Shown here in pieces: positions 41,145 to 52,301 of a stretch of 64,000 bases of DNA. The DNA is from Dehalococcoidia bacterium (lineage in GTDB: Bacteria > Chloroflexota > Dehalococcoidia > Plut-88900). Within the stretch, counting starts at the first letter, position 1, and each line of letters begins with the position of its first letter. Location of the stretch: contig OZ240215.1 in the NCBI GenBank assembly GCA_965197585.1, forward strand, positions 1,440,001 to 1,504,000, read 5' to 3'. The position numbers and the translations under genes were made by a program. Under the pieces are notes generated by a model, which saw only the letters and a list, made by a program, of their open reading frames with translations, had not been told where the DNA came from and did no database searches.

Positions 41145-42293
41145 ATGGACTTCGGATTCACTGAAGAACACAAGCTCCTGCAGAGGAACGTAAGAGACTT
41201 CGCCAAGAAGGAAATAGGGCCATCTGCCGCGAGGATCGATCGGGACGAAGAGTTCCCTTGGGACAACTTCCGCAAGATGGGAGAAATAGGCCTGATGGGC
41301 GTCTCCGTAGACCCCCAATACGGCGGTTCCGGAGGCGGCTACATAGACCTTTCCATCGTGGTAGAGGAGTTGGCCCGGGTCTGCGCCGCCACGTCCCTCA
41401 TCTACATCGCCTCCGTCTCCCTCGCCTCCAAGTGTATCGAGGCGTTCGGGTCGCACGAGCAAAAGAACGCCTATCTCAGGCCTTTAGCCCGAGGCCAGAG
41501 GCTTGGCGCCTTTGCCCTCTCCGAGCCCAACGCCGGTAGCGACGTCGCCTCATTACGCACCAACGCCACGACACACGGGGGCCAATATTTCCTCAACGGC
41601 AGCAAGACCTTCATCACCAACGGAGACCTAGCTGACTTCCTTGTTGTGTTTGCCACCGAAAACCTAAAGCTGGGCACCAAAGGCATCTCCGCTTTCATTG
41701 TCGAGAAGCAATACGAAGGTTTCACAGGCCGCAACGAGCCAGGCAAGATGGGGATGCGCGGCTCCAACACTGCAGAGCTTTTCTTCCAGGACTGTTGCGT
41801 TCCGCTGAAGAACCTGCTGGGCGAAGACGGCAAGGGGATGCGGATCGCGCTGGCAACCATAGAGGCGAGCCGCATTACCATTGCCGCTCAGGCCGTGGGA
41901 ATTGCCCATGCGGCTCTGGATTCGGCTCTTGAGTACTCCCGGCACCGGCAGGCATTTGGCCACCCTATTTCTGACTTCCAGGCCATTCAGTGGATGCTGG
42001 CCGACATGGCGACTCAGGTCAACGCCGCCCGTCTCATCACCTACCAGGCCGCTGACAAGAAGGAGCGTGGAGAGCCCTTCGGCCGGGAATCGGCCATGGC
42101 CAAGCTCTTCGCCTCGGAAATTGCTGGTCAGGTCACATCCAAGGCCATCCAGATTCACGGCGGCTACGGCTATTTCAAAGAAAGCCCCGTTGAGAGGTAT
42201 TTCCGGGACGCCAAGGTCACCGAGATATACGAAGGCACCTCCGAAGTGCAGCGCATGGTAATATCCCGGGACCTTTTGAAATTTGGTCTATAG
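41145..42293 (+). CDS. Acyl-CoA dehydrogenase (short/branched-chain type)
   Basis: FALSEPNAGSD, NGSKTFITNG, IQIHGGYGY, IYEGTSEVQ. Confidence 0.93.
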   Translation: MDFGFTEEHKLLQRNVRDFAKKEIGPSAARIDRDEEFPWDNFRKMGEIGLMGVSVDPQYGGSGGGYIDLSIVVEELARVCAATSLIYIASVSLASKCIEAFGSHEQKNAYLRPLARGQRLGAFALSEPNAGSDVASLRTNATTHGGQYFLNGSKTFITNGDLADFLVVFATENLKLGTKGISAFIVEKQYEGFTGRNEPGKMGMRGSNTAELFFQDCCVPLKNLLGEDGKGMRIALATIEASRITIAAQAVGIAHAALDSALEYSRHRQAFGHPISDFQAIQWMLADMATQVNAARLITYQAADKKERGEPFGRESAMAKLFASEIAGQVTSKAIQIHGGYGYFKESPVERYFRDAKVTEIYEGTSEVQRMVISRDLLKFGL

Positions 42294-42313
42294 TCCTCTC
42301 TCAAGGATCCCCA

Positions 42314-42751
42314 ATGACACAAGATTCCACACCGGTCTGCCAGGCCAGCCACATTAACCACGTCGCCATAGTGGTCAAGGATGCCGCCGAGACCCTCCGC
42401 TTCTACCAGGAAACCTTCGGCGTCCCGGACGCCGCTATCGAGGAAATCGCCGACCAGGGTGTCCTGGCAACCCTCGTCGCCGTCGGCGGGACAAACCTGG
42501 AGCTCATCCAGCCCGTCCGCCCCGACACCGGCGTCGCCCGCTTCCTCGATGCCCGCGGAGAGGCGCTCCACCATGTTTGCCTGGAAGTCGAAGACTTGCA
42601 AGGTAAACTCGATTCTCTACAGGCAAGCGGCACCCGTCTCATCGATGAATCGCCTCGCCAGGGCCTCGCCGGCATGATAGCCTTCATTCATCCCAAGTCC
42701 ACCCGCGGAGTCCTTATAGAGCTCGTAGACAAGGACAGCGTGCAATCGTAA
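42314..42751 (+). CDS. mce: Methylmalonyl-CoA epimerase
   Basis: INHVAIVV, LELIQP, LHHVCLEV, AFIHPKSTRGVLIEL; mutase context. Confidence 0.9.
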   Translation: MTQDSTPVCQASHINHVAIVVKDAAETLRFYQETFGVPDAAIEEIADQGVLATLVAVGGTNLELIQPVRPDTGVARFLDARGEALHHVCLEVEDLQGKLDSLQASGTRLIDESPRQGLAGMIAFIHPKSTRGVLIELVDKDSVQS

Positions 42752-42775
42752 CTCTTCCGACGGGGGTACCCAGCA

Positions 42776-43198
42776 ATGACACAAGTTGGCATTAACACTA
42801 TCAGGGTCCTTGTAGCCAAGCCGGGCCTCGACGGACACGACAGGGGTGCAAAGGTGATCGCCCGAGCCCTTCGGGACGCGGGTATGGAGGTCATCTATAC
42901 CGGCATCCGTCAGACCCCCGAGATGATCGCCGAGGCCTCTCTCCAGGAAGACGTGGACGTCGTCGCCATCAGTATCCTCAGTGGCGCACATATGGAACTC
43001 TTGCCCCTCATCATCAGCGAAATGAAAGACCGAGGCATTGATGATCGGCTGGTACTCGCCGGCGGCATCATCCCCGAAGACGACATCGCTCCTCTCAAGG
43101 AGTTGGGAGTTGGAGAGGTATTTGGCCCCGGCACTTCCACCACCGACATCATCGACTACATCAAGAATCATCAGGCCGAGGCTTCAAATCAGGCCTAG
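42776..43198 (+). CDS. Cobalamin-binding small subunit of acyl-CoA mutase
   Basis: [10 protein letters not shown] (DxHxxG), SILSGAH, GGIIP, FGPGT. Confidence 0.95.
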   Translation: MTQVGINTIRVLVAKPGLDGHDRGAKVIARALRDAGMEVIYTGIRQTPEMIAEASLQEDVDVVAISILSGAHMELLPLIISEMKDRGIDDRLVLAGGIIPEDDIAPLKELGVGEVFGPGTSTTDIIDYIKNHQAEASNQA

Positions 43199-43236
43199 TT
43201 ATCCCGCCCTTCACCTCTTTCCGGGACCAGACGCCC

Positions 43237-44058
43237 ATGCCTGATGCCGCTTCCACCCGAGACCCACTCACCACCCGCATCCTGGAGGCTCTCCAAGAGT
43301 TGGGCCGTCCCATTGATGAACTGACGTACCGGGACCTTATTCCCGTGAGCGAGCTCCACAACCGTGGAAAGCAGGCCACCATAGACCTTGCCCGGCTGGC
43401 TGAAATCCAGCCCGAGCAGCACGTCCTCGACGTAGGCTGCGGTATCGGTGGCCCAGCCAGGACACTCTCAGTCGAGTTCGGGTGCTGGATCACGGGGATC
43501 GATATCTCAGACGAATTCTGCTCTGCCGCCCAGTCCCTCAACGAGCTGGTCGGCCTCTCCGACAAAATCTCCATCCGCACCGCCGACGCCCTCTCCCTCC
43601 CCTTTGAAGACGAGTCCTTCGATATCGTCTGGACCCAGCATGCTTCCATGAACATAGCCGACAAGCAGGCCCTCTTCACCGAAATGCACCGTGTCCTTCG
43701 GCCCGGCGGCAAACTCACCCTTCACGATGTCATGGCAGGCCCCGTGCAGCCCGTACACTTCCCCGTCCCCTGGGCCCCCGACCCTTCCGTAAGCTTTCTG
43801 GCCGACCCGGAGGAAGCCCGAACTCTTATCCTAGCCACCGGTTTTGAAGAGCTCACCTGGCAGGATCAGACCCAACTCACCGAGGACTGGTGGCAAAATG
43901 TCCGAGAGCGCGCTTCCGGAAAGCCCCCCTCCCCCCTGAACCCCGGCCTCGTCATGGGGTCGCAATTTCCTAAGATGGCGCATAATATGTATCGCAACAT
44001 CCGGGAGCACAGGGTGGCAGTAGTGCAGGCCATTTTTCGGAAGCTCCCGACCCCATAA
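43237..44058 (+). CDS. Class I SAM-dependent methyltransferase
   Basis: VLDVGCGIGG, LPFEDESFD, RVLRPGG. Confidence 0.9.
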   Translation: MPDAASTRDPLTTRILEALQELGRPIDELTYRDLIPVSELHNRGKQATIDLARLAEIQPEQHVLDVGCGIGGPARTLSVEFGCWITGIDISDEFCSAAQSLNELVGLSDKISIRTADALSLPFEDESFDIVWTQHASMNIADKQALFTEMHRVLRPGGKLTLHDVMAGPVQPVHFPVPWAPDPSVSFLADPEEARTLILATGFEELTWQDQTQLTEDWWQNVRERASGKPPSPLNPGLVMGSQFPKMAHNMYRNIREHRVAVVQAIFRKLPTP

Positions 44059-44095
44059 AGTCCCTGGTATCGAGGAGAATCGGAGAGGACGGCAT

Positions 44096-44950
44096 ATGCA
44101 GATTGGAGCCCACGTTTCCACCGCAGGCGGCATAGACAAGGCCATAGGCAATGCCCAGAAGATCGGGGCGGAGTGTGTTCAGATCTTCGCCTCGGCGCCC
44201 CAGAGTTGGCGATACAAACACCCGACCCCCGAGACCATCTCATCCTTCAAGGACAAGGCCAAAGACGCCGCTATTGGCTCTATCTTTTTCCACGGCGTAT
44301 ACCTTATAAACCTCGGCACCGAAAAAGAAGAGAATATGGGCAAGGCCGTCGACTCACTCGTCGGTCACATGTCCCTCGCCTCCGAAATCGATGCTGCGGG
44401 CGTAATCTTTCACCTCGGCAGCCACAAGGGCCGAGGCTTCGAAAACGTCCTTCCTCAAGTACTGTCCTCCATGTCCCGCGTCTTGGCTGACACCCCCGAA
44501 GACACCTGGCTCATCATCGAAAACGCCGCTGGCATGGGCAACCACATAGGCGCGGGCTTCGGCGAGATCGGGCAGGTTGTAAAGGGTTTGTCCGATGACC
44601 GGGTAAAGGTCTGTCTCGACACTGCCCACACCTTCGCCGCCGGTTACAACATCGCCGACCCCGCAGGCATTGAGGAAGCGATGAACGAGTTTGACTACGA
44701 GGTCGGTGTGGATAAGCTCGTAGCCGTTCATGCCAACGACTCGAAGATCCCACTCGGGGGCGGCGTGGACCGCCACGAGAACATCGGCGAAGGATACATA
44801 GGTCACGAGGGCTTTGAGGTTATCATGGCCCACCCTGCATTCAGGGACGTCCCATTCCTGCTGGAAGTGCCCGGGTTCGAAAAGAAGGGCCCCGACCAGC
44901 GCAACATCGAAATTCTTCAGTCTATCCGGGACTCCAACTCCAGCGCATGA
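44096..44950 (+). CDS. nfo: Endonuclease IV
   Basis: GAHVSTAGG, YLINL, CLDTAH, HANDSK, DRHENIGEG. Confidence 0.94.
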   Translation: MQIGAHVSTAGGIDKAIGNAQKIGAECVQIFASAPQSWRYKHPTPETISSFKDKAKDAAIGSIFFHGVYLINLGTEKEENMGKAVDSLVGHMSLASEIDAAGVIFHLGSHKGRGFENVLPQVLSSMSRVLADTPEDTWLIIENAAGMGNHIGAGFGEIGQVVKGLSDDRVKVCLDTAHTFAAGYNIADPAGIEEAMNEFDYEVGVDKLVAVHANDSKIPLGGGVDRHENIGEGYIGHEGFEVIMAHPAFRDVPFLLEVPGFEKKGPDQRNIEILQSIRDSNSSA

Positions 44951-45945
44951 TCCAAAAGACCGCCCTGCTCTTACTTGTTCTCGCCACACTCAGCCTCTTG
45001 GCCTTGGCCTGCGGCCCGGGAAGAGATGAGATCATGGTCTTCACCTCTGAGGACGAAACGCGCCACGTCCACCTGCGCGAAGGCGACGATAACCCCGAAG
45101 CCCTGACTAACGGCCCCTCCCAGAACCACTCCCCGCGCCTTTCTCCCGACGGTGAACTCATTGCCTTCGTCTCCGACAGAGAAGGCAAATCCGACATATA
45201 CGTCATGACTAGGTCGGGAGAGAACATCATCCTGATTTCGGACGGGGAAGGCACGGCTTCCCACCCCCGCTGGTCACCCGACGGTCGGCAGATCGCTTTC
45301 CTTCTCGAGGCTGAAGACGCCAACACCCAAGTCTTTTTGTCCAACGTCGAAGACCCGCAGGCTCATCGGCTCACCGTCGGAGACTTCACCGAAGGGCCAC
45401 CGGCCTGGTCTCCCGACGGCAGGTGGATCGCCTTCTCTCTCTCCGACAGCGACGGCGAGGGACTGGGGATAGTTCTCCGCAACCCCGGCGGAGTCAACCA
45501 GATAACCCTCACCGACGGCCCCGACTTCAATCCGTCATGGTCCCCGGAATCCAACAGCATCGTTTTTCAATCTTCCCGGAACGACGTCCCGGACATATAC
45601 GTCATCGATGTTCTGGAAGACTTCACCGGGCAGCCCCGGAGAATCACTACCAATTCCGAGCCCGACTACAACCCGATCTGGTCGCCCGACGGCGACCGCA
45701 TAGCTTTCATATCCGATCGGGACGATAACCCGGAAATCTATGTAATGTCGACCGACGGCACCGTCCTTCAGCGTCTCACCAACAATCGGTCCGTCGAGTC
45801 AGAAATTGTCTGGTCGCCCAAAGGCCAGCTAGCCTTCGTGTCCTATCTGCACGACAACGCCGACATCTTCATCATGGACTCCGACGGCACAGCCCAAGCC
45901 CAGGTCACCAGCGCCTCCGGCCCCGACACCCAACCCCACTGGTAA
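44947..45945 (+). CDS. TolB-like PD40 beta-propeller lipoprotein
   Basis: Lipobox ALAC; repeated PxWSPDG..IAF.S.R motifs. Confidence 0.88.
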   Translation: MIQKTALLLLVLATLSLLALACGPGRDEIMVFTSEDETRHVHLREGDDNPEALTNGPSQNHSPRLSPDGELIAFVSDREGKSDIYVMTRSGENIILISDGEGTASHPRWSPDGRQIAFLLEAEDANTQVFLSNVEDPQAHRLTVGDFTEGPPAWSPDGRWIAFSLSDSDGEGLGIVLRNPGGVNQITLTDGPDFNPSWSPESNSIVFQSSRNDVPDIYVIDVLEDFTGQPRRITTNSEPDYNPIWSPDGDRIAFISDRDDNPEIYVMSTDGTVLQRLTNNRSVESEIVWSPKGQLAFVSYLHDNADIFIMDSDGTAQAQVTSASGPDTQPHW

Positions 45946-46116
45946 CCCAACCCCATCGGTAACCCGATCCCATCCCCCGTAGGGGCGATTCGCGAATCGC
46001 CCACAGGCTCAGGACGCTAACCAACCTTCAAACACGCGAACGTCCGACTCACTACCCACCCCACAGCCACCCCACCCCCCATTAACTATGTCATCCCGAG
46101 GCCCCGTAGCAGGAAC

Positions 46117-47252
<1,136 letters not shown>

Positions 47253-47322
47253 GGCATTCCTCCACCACCCTGCCCCTTCCGTGCAAGATCAGATGCTCGC
47301 CGTCTGCTCCCTCTCCCCACTC

Positions 47323-48495
47323 CTACAAGAACCCGTACAAGAGCCCCGCGTTCTCGCACACCACCTTGCGCCGCACCCTAGGGTCCCGCACCCGACCCAA
47401 ATTCTTCTCGATGGTCTCCATGGAGTCGGGCCACACGCTGTCCGGGTGCGGGTAGTCCGACCCCCACATCACGTTGTCCTCCCCTATCTTGTCGATGAGG
47501 TCGGCCACCAGGTCTTCGTCCTGGTAGGTTGTGTGTCCCTGCCGGCGCCAGTATTCAACGGGACTCGCCTCCAGACCTGGGAACCCCGTGCATTCGTGGT
47601 CGAGCCTGTCCAGCATGAACGGTACCCAGGCTGCCCCACACTCCCCCAGCACGAACTTAAATCCCGGAAACCTCTTACAAGCCCCCGACAAGAGTATGGA
47701 AGTCAAAAACTCGGCCCCGAACAGAGGCGACAACACCATGTCCATCGTCCACCAGATTCGGTTGTATTTGGCAATGTCAGTGGCCTTTGGTTCTCTCGGG
47801 CCCCAATTCAGAAGGTGGAAGGATATTGGCATCTCGCATTCCTGCGCGGCTTCCCATAACGGGTCCCAGTCCTCGTAGTAGACCGGGACCCCCGCCCCGT
47901 GTACGTCCAACTCCGCTCCCCTTAGCCCCATCGACGCTGCCCGGCGAAGCTCGGCTGCCGCAGTTTCGGGGTCGTTGTTCGGCAGGCAAGCCAGCCCCGC
48001 AAGCCTCTCGGGCGAGGCCCGGCAGAAATCCGCCATCCAGTCGTTGTATATGCGAAATAGCTCGACCATCACGTCCGGGTTGGGTACCGTGACCCGGGTC
48101 CCACCCGGAAAGTTATAGCCCGCCATTAACCTCCCCCCGATGAAGGTGAGCCCGTAGATAACCTCCGCATCCACACCGTCCCTGTCCTGGTCCCCGATCC
48201 TCAGTTCCGGGTCGGTGGGTCGGGGTCGTCCCCGAGCCGCGTCTTCGTAGAACCCCGTCTCGGCGATTCGGTCTATCCTGGCCTCGTTCTCCGGTGTAAG
48301 CAGTGCCTTGGCCCGCCGCCCCGACACTGCGAGATACATCCCGTTAGCCCACCACTCGGGCCCTTCGCCCTTGTCCACCACCCTCGGCATCTGGTCTACA
48401 AGATGCGCCGATGCGTTTTCAACGAAAAGCTCGGGCGGCAAGTAAGCCAAATCCACGTGCCCATCCGAGGAAATTACCTCATACTTCATCCCCAT
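47323..48495 (-). CDS. Amidohydrolase_2 family protein
   Basis: ISSDGHV, ISFH, GECGAAW, MWGSDYPHPD. Confidence 0.9.
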   Translation of the reverse strand: MGMKYEVISSDGHVDLAYLPPELFVENASAHLVDQMPRVVDKGEGPEWWANGMYLAVSGRRAKALLTPENEARIDRIAETGFYEDAARGRPRPTDPELRIGDQDRDGVDAEVIYGLTFIGGRLMAGYNFPGGTRVTVPNPDVMVELFRIYNDWMADFCRASPERLAGLACLPNNDPETAAAELRRAASMGLRGAELDVHGAGVPVYYEDWDPLWEAAQECEMPISFHLLNWGPREPKATDIAKYNRIWWTMDMVLSPLFGAEFLTSILLSGACKRFPGFKFVLGECGAAWVPFMLDRLDHECTGFPGLEASPVEYWRRQGHTTYQDEDLVADLIDKIGEDNVMWGSDYPHPDSVWPDSMETIEKNLGRVRDPRVRRKVVCENAGLLYGFL

Positions 48496-48525
48496 ATCTC
48501 CATTCCCAGCGCTGCTCCCTATAAT

Positions 48526-48562
48526 CCTCTCTCTCGATGGGAGAGGGCTAGGGTGAGAGTGA
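48526..48562. repeat. CCCTCTC...GGGAGAGGG-type palindromic intergenic element
   Basis: CCTCTCTC-TCGAT-GGGAGAGG-GCTAGGGTGAGAGTGA; single copy in this window. Confidence 0.45.
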
Positions 48563-48569
48563 AAGCCCC

Positions 48570-49574
48570 CTACCACGCAAAAGCCCTCTTCGGATTCTCG
48601 ACCGTAATCTGTCGAATCGTAGCTTCACTTACCCCCGCCTCTCGCAGCCACGGCAAGAACGTGCGCTGTATGTGCCCATAGTCCGGTGCATGGTCTTCTT
48701 CAGCCGTCGGCCCTGACTCAGGCGCCCTGCCAACTTCCTTCACGAACAGGTCATGGGACAACATGATCTGGTCCTGATACCCCAACCCAAGCAACCCCGA
48801 CACCATCGCTGAATTAGTCCTGTCCGACACCACAGTCTGGATGCCGATTGTGTCGAACGCTACGAAGCAGCCACGCTCCAATACCTCAACGATTTGCCCC
48901 ACGTTGGTAGTCTGCGAAACGTGCCCGATTATGCACCGTTTCGGGTCTGCCCCGGCCGCGACCAGCGTATCAATGTGCGCTAACCCCACATTTCCCGAGG
49001 GCCAGTCTGCCGAGTCCGTATGCGTGCCGATCGGTGTGCCCAGCTTTGCCTGTACGCGCGCCGCCGACTCCAGGACCCGACGGTCTCGATCAGATAGCAG
49101 TTCGTCCAGCGGTGCATTGGGTCCGATGGGCCGCTCATGGGGCTGCAGCCGCGTCCCGACCTTTATGATCCCGCACCTGACTCCTTCGTCCACCGCCCCC
49201 TCCTCAATTTCCCGCGTGAAGAAATCCTCTATCGCCTCTGTGCTCTGCGCTTCCCAGTAGGCGGGATAGCCCCAGGCCCCGAATATGCCCGTGCATGCCA
49301 CTATGTCCCACCCCGAGGCCCGGGACAGTTCCACCATCAGCCCCATGTCTCGGCCCAGATCGGCGGGCGCCCAGTCTACAAGACCCGATATCCCAAATTC
49401 CTCTCCAGCCGCCTTCAGTTGGGCTGCTCCTTCCTCGACGGCCTTCCCTCGGTCAAAGACCGACGCGGGGTCGGACGGAGCCCCGAGCAGATGAAAGAAA
49501 GTGTGCTCGTGGGGAAGAATGTGCCCCATCTCGGCCGGGTCTTTGTCGCCTAGAACGGTCCTGATTTTGGGCAT
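48570..49574 (-). CDS. Phosphotriesterase-family (Php-like) hydrolase
   Basis: IRTVLG, PHEH, IKVG, THT, IGH, FDTIG, LSHD, ENP. Confidence 0.9.
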   Translation of the reverse strand: MPKIRTVLGDKDPAEMGHILPHEHTFFHLLGAPSDPASVFDRGKAVEEGAAQLKAAGEEFGISGLVDWAPADLGRDMGLMVELSRASGWDIVACTGIFGAWGYPAYWEAQSTEAIEDFFTREIEEGAVDEGVRCGIIKVGTRLQPHERPIGPNAPLDELLSDRDRRVLESAARVQAKLGTPIGTHTDSADWPSGNVGLAHIDTLVAAGADPKRCIIGHVSQTTNVGQIVEVLERGCFVAFDTIGIQTVVSDRTNSAMVSGLLGLGYQDQIMLSHDLFVKEVGRAPESGPTAEEDHAPDYGHIQRTFLPWLREAGVSEATIRQITVENPKRAFAW

Positions 49575-49621
49575 CTCATATCTCCATCAAACTGCTGGCT
49601 GTAACATGGGAAGTCACGCGC

Positions 49622-50626
49622 TTACCATGCAAGCGCCCTCTTCGGATTCTCAACGGTCACCTGCCGGATCGCCTCCTCCGACACCCCCGCCTCTCGCAGC
49701 CACGGCACGAACACCCGTTGAATGTATCCATAGTCCGGCGCGTACTTCAGACCCGCATTCGGGCCGCTCTCCGGCACCCTACCGACCTCTTGTACATGCA
49801 GATCATGGGACAGCAGAATCTGCTTTTCGTATCCAAGCCCGATCAACCCGATCACCATCGCCGCCTTGGTACGGTCAGTCACCACAATCTCGATTCCTAT
49901 GGTGTCGAACGCCACGTAACATCCCTTCTCCAGGACCTCGACAACGTAGCCCAGGTTAGAGGTGTGGGAAGCGTGCCCTATGATACATTTCTCGGGGTTC
50001 GCCCCGGCGCCTGTCAGTGTTTCGATCTGCTCCAACCCTACGTTCCCCAGACGCCAGTCTCTTCTGTCGGTGTGCGTCGTGATCGGGACGCCGATTTTGC
50101 CCTGCACCCGAGCCGCTGCTTTCAATACCCTTCTGTCTTGATCAGAAAGAAGCCGTTCCCGACTAGACACTGGAGCCGCCGGCTTTTCGTGGGGCCGCAG
50201 CCGGGTCCCGATTTTTATAACTCCACACCTTACTCCCTCGTCAATTGCTCCCTCCTCGATTTCTCGGGTAAAGAACTCCTCAATCGCTGCATCGCTCTGA
50301 CCTTCCCAGTAGGCCGGATACCCCCACACGCCGAATATCCCCGTCGCCGCGACAATGTCCCACCCAGAGGCTCGTGACAGTCCCACCAGCAAGCCCATGT
50401 CCCGGCCAAGATCATAAGGCGCGCAGTCCACCAGCCCCGACACTCCCTGCTCGGCGTTCACGGCCCTCAGTTTGGCCGCTCCTTCCTCCACAGCCTTCTC
50501 CCGGTCGAATACCGAAGCGTGGTCGGACTCTGCCGCCAGGAGGTGGGGGAAGGTGTGCTCATGGGGAAGAATATGACCCATCTCCGCAGGGTCTTTGTCA
50601 CCTAGCACCGTTCTTATCTTGGCCAT
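49622..50626 (-). CDS. Phosphotriesterase-family hydrolase, tandem paralog
   Basis: Same metal motifs; long near-identical stretches shared with its neighbour. Confidence 0.9.
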   Translation of the reverse strand: MAKIRTVLGDKDPAEMGHILPHEHTFPHLLAAESDHASVFDREKAVEEGAAKLRAVNAEQGVSGLVDCAPYDLGRDMGLLVGLSRASGWDIVAATGIFGVWGYPAYWEGQSDAAIEEFFTREIEEGAIDEGVRCGVIKIGTRLRPHEKPAAPVSSRERLLSDQDRRVLKAAARVQGKIGVPITTHTDRRDWRLGNVGLEQIETLTGAGANPEKCIIGHASHTSNLGYVVEVLEKGCYVAFDTIGIEIVVTDRTKAAMVIGLIGLGYEKQILLSHDLHVQEVGRVPESGPNAGLKYAPDYGYIQRVFVPWLREAGVSEEAIRQVTVENPKRALAW

Positions 50627-50751
50627 GTCAATTCTCCAGTTTCTCGCAGTTGTCGACTCCCTGCCCGATTATATCCCACACCCCACCCCACCTTTCCCCG
50701 ATTGACCAATCCCATTACACTAACTGCAATCCGAAACGGCGGGAGATTGCC

Positions 50752-51759
50752 ATGCCAGACACAGGAATCGTCGAAAGGTTAAGCACAGGCGAGCCCATGC
50801 TCATGGACGGAGGCACGGGCTCCGAGATTCAGCGAAGAGGAGCCAACGTCCTCATCGACGCCTCCGCCGACTCCGAAATCCTCGCATGGTCCGCCACCGC
50901 CAACGTTGAATACGCCGACGTTGTCCAGCAGGTCCACCAGGACTACCTGCGCGTCGGCGCCAACATTATTATCAGCAACAACTTCTGGGCCACCCGCAGC
51001 CGACTCGGCCTGATAGGTCTCAGCGAGCAGTGGGAGAAATACGCCCACGCCGCCGGCGAAAATGCCATCCGCGCCCGAGACGCCATCAACCCCAACGCCT
51101 ACGTCTTTGGTGGCATCGCCGCACCCTACACCCAGGACTACCGCAAACCCTACACCCAGTCCGACGTCAAGACCCTCGGCCCCGAGCGTTACGCCGAGGA
51201 GTTCACCGGCCCCGGCAAAGTCCTCGCCGACCTGGGCGTCGATGCCCTCCTCGCCGAATACGTCGGCTACATCGAGGATTGCGTTGCCGCCGTGGATGCC
51301 CTGGCTACCATCGGCCTTCCCGTATTCCTCGGCGTTCGCCACATCACGGAATACGGCTGGATGCAGTACGGCGAAACCTTAACCGATCTCGCCAAGGCCC
51401 TGGAAGGTCACCCCGTAGAAGGCATTCTCCTCATGTGCAGCCGCCCCGAGTGCATCTCCGTTGGCATAATCGGCCTAAGCCAGGCTTTTGATGGGGTGGT
51501 CGGGGCCTATGCAAATGTCGGGTACAACCCCATGGCGCCCGTCAGTGGACGCGTCCACAAGGGAGGCGACCTCCTTTCCGGCTACAGCCCTCTCCGCCTC
51601 GCCGACTTCGGGCAGGACTGGCTCGACATGGGTGCAAAGATAATCGGCGGCTGCTGCGCCACGGGCCCCGAGCACATCATTGCCCTGAACAACGTGATGC
51701 ACCCTTCCCCGCCCCTTGTCGCCGACCATGCCGGCTATCACGTCCAGGCGTTCAATTGA
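50752..51759 (+). CDS. Homocysteine S-methyltransferase family protein
   Basis: MDGGTGSE, VHQDYLRVGA, MCS, GAYAN, IIGGCCATGPEHI (Zn Cys ligands). Confidence 0.88.
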   Translation: MPDTGIVERLSTGEPMLMDGGTGSEIQRRGANVLIDASADSEILAWSATANVEYADVVQQVHQDYLRVGANIIISNNFWATRSRLGLIGLSEQWEKYAHAAGENAIRARDAINPNAYVFGGIAAPYTQDYRKPYTQSDVKTLGPERYAEEFTGPGKVLADLGVDALLAEYVGYIEDCVAAVDALATIGLPVFLGVRHITEYGWMQYGETLTDLAKALEGHPVEGILLMCSRPECISVGIIGLSQAFDGVVGAYANVGYNPMAPVSGRVHKGGDLLSGYSPLRLADFGQDWLDMGAKIIGGCCATGPEHIIALNNVMHPSPPLVADHAGYHVQAFN

Positions 51760-51762
51760 CCC

Positions 51763-52143
51763 ATGCAGAGCGCTTCCCTCCCACCCGAGCCTCAGGCCAC
51801 CGCCCCCGACGGCTCGGCCATCCGCTTTCTGCTGAAAGGCAGCCGAGGAGAGCTCAACCACTTCACCCTGCCGCCTCACCAGACCTCTACCGCTGTCGTT
51901 CACCGCTCCATTGAGGAAATCTGGTACGTACTTGAAGGCCAAGGCCAAGTCTGGCGTCAAGAAGGTGACACGGTGGAGGTCTTGGACTTGCGTCCGGGCG
52001 TCAGCTTCGATATCCCCACCGGCGCCCGATTCCAGTTCCGCAACACCGGCCCCGAGCCCCTGTCCGTCCTCATAGCAACCATGCCCCCCTGGCCCGGAGA
52101 CACAGAAGCCACCCCCATCCCCGGCCCTTGGCCCTCTTCCTAA
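51763..52143 (+). CDS. Cupin domain protein
   Basis: APDGS.IR.L, HRSIEEIWYVLEG, FQFRN, TMPPWPG. Confidence 0.85.
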   Translation: MQSASLPPEPQATAPDGSAIRFLLKGSRGELNHFTLPPHQTSTAVVHRSIEEIWYVLEGQGQVWRQEGDTVEVLDLRPGVSFDIPTGARFQFRNTGPEPLSVLIATMPPWPGDTEATPIPGPWPSS

Positions 52144-52301
52144 ATCCCCTCGCCCCTCTCCATCATCTCGCCGACCACCCTCCTTACTCCGTCATCCCGA
52201 TTGTCGTGTCATCCCGAGGCCCCGCGAGGGATCTAAAGCGCTTGCCCACCACTCACCCTAACCGTATCCACTACTCATCCATTCAGGCGTGGGCCGAAAC
52301 G

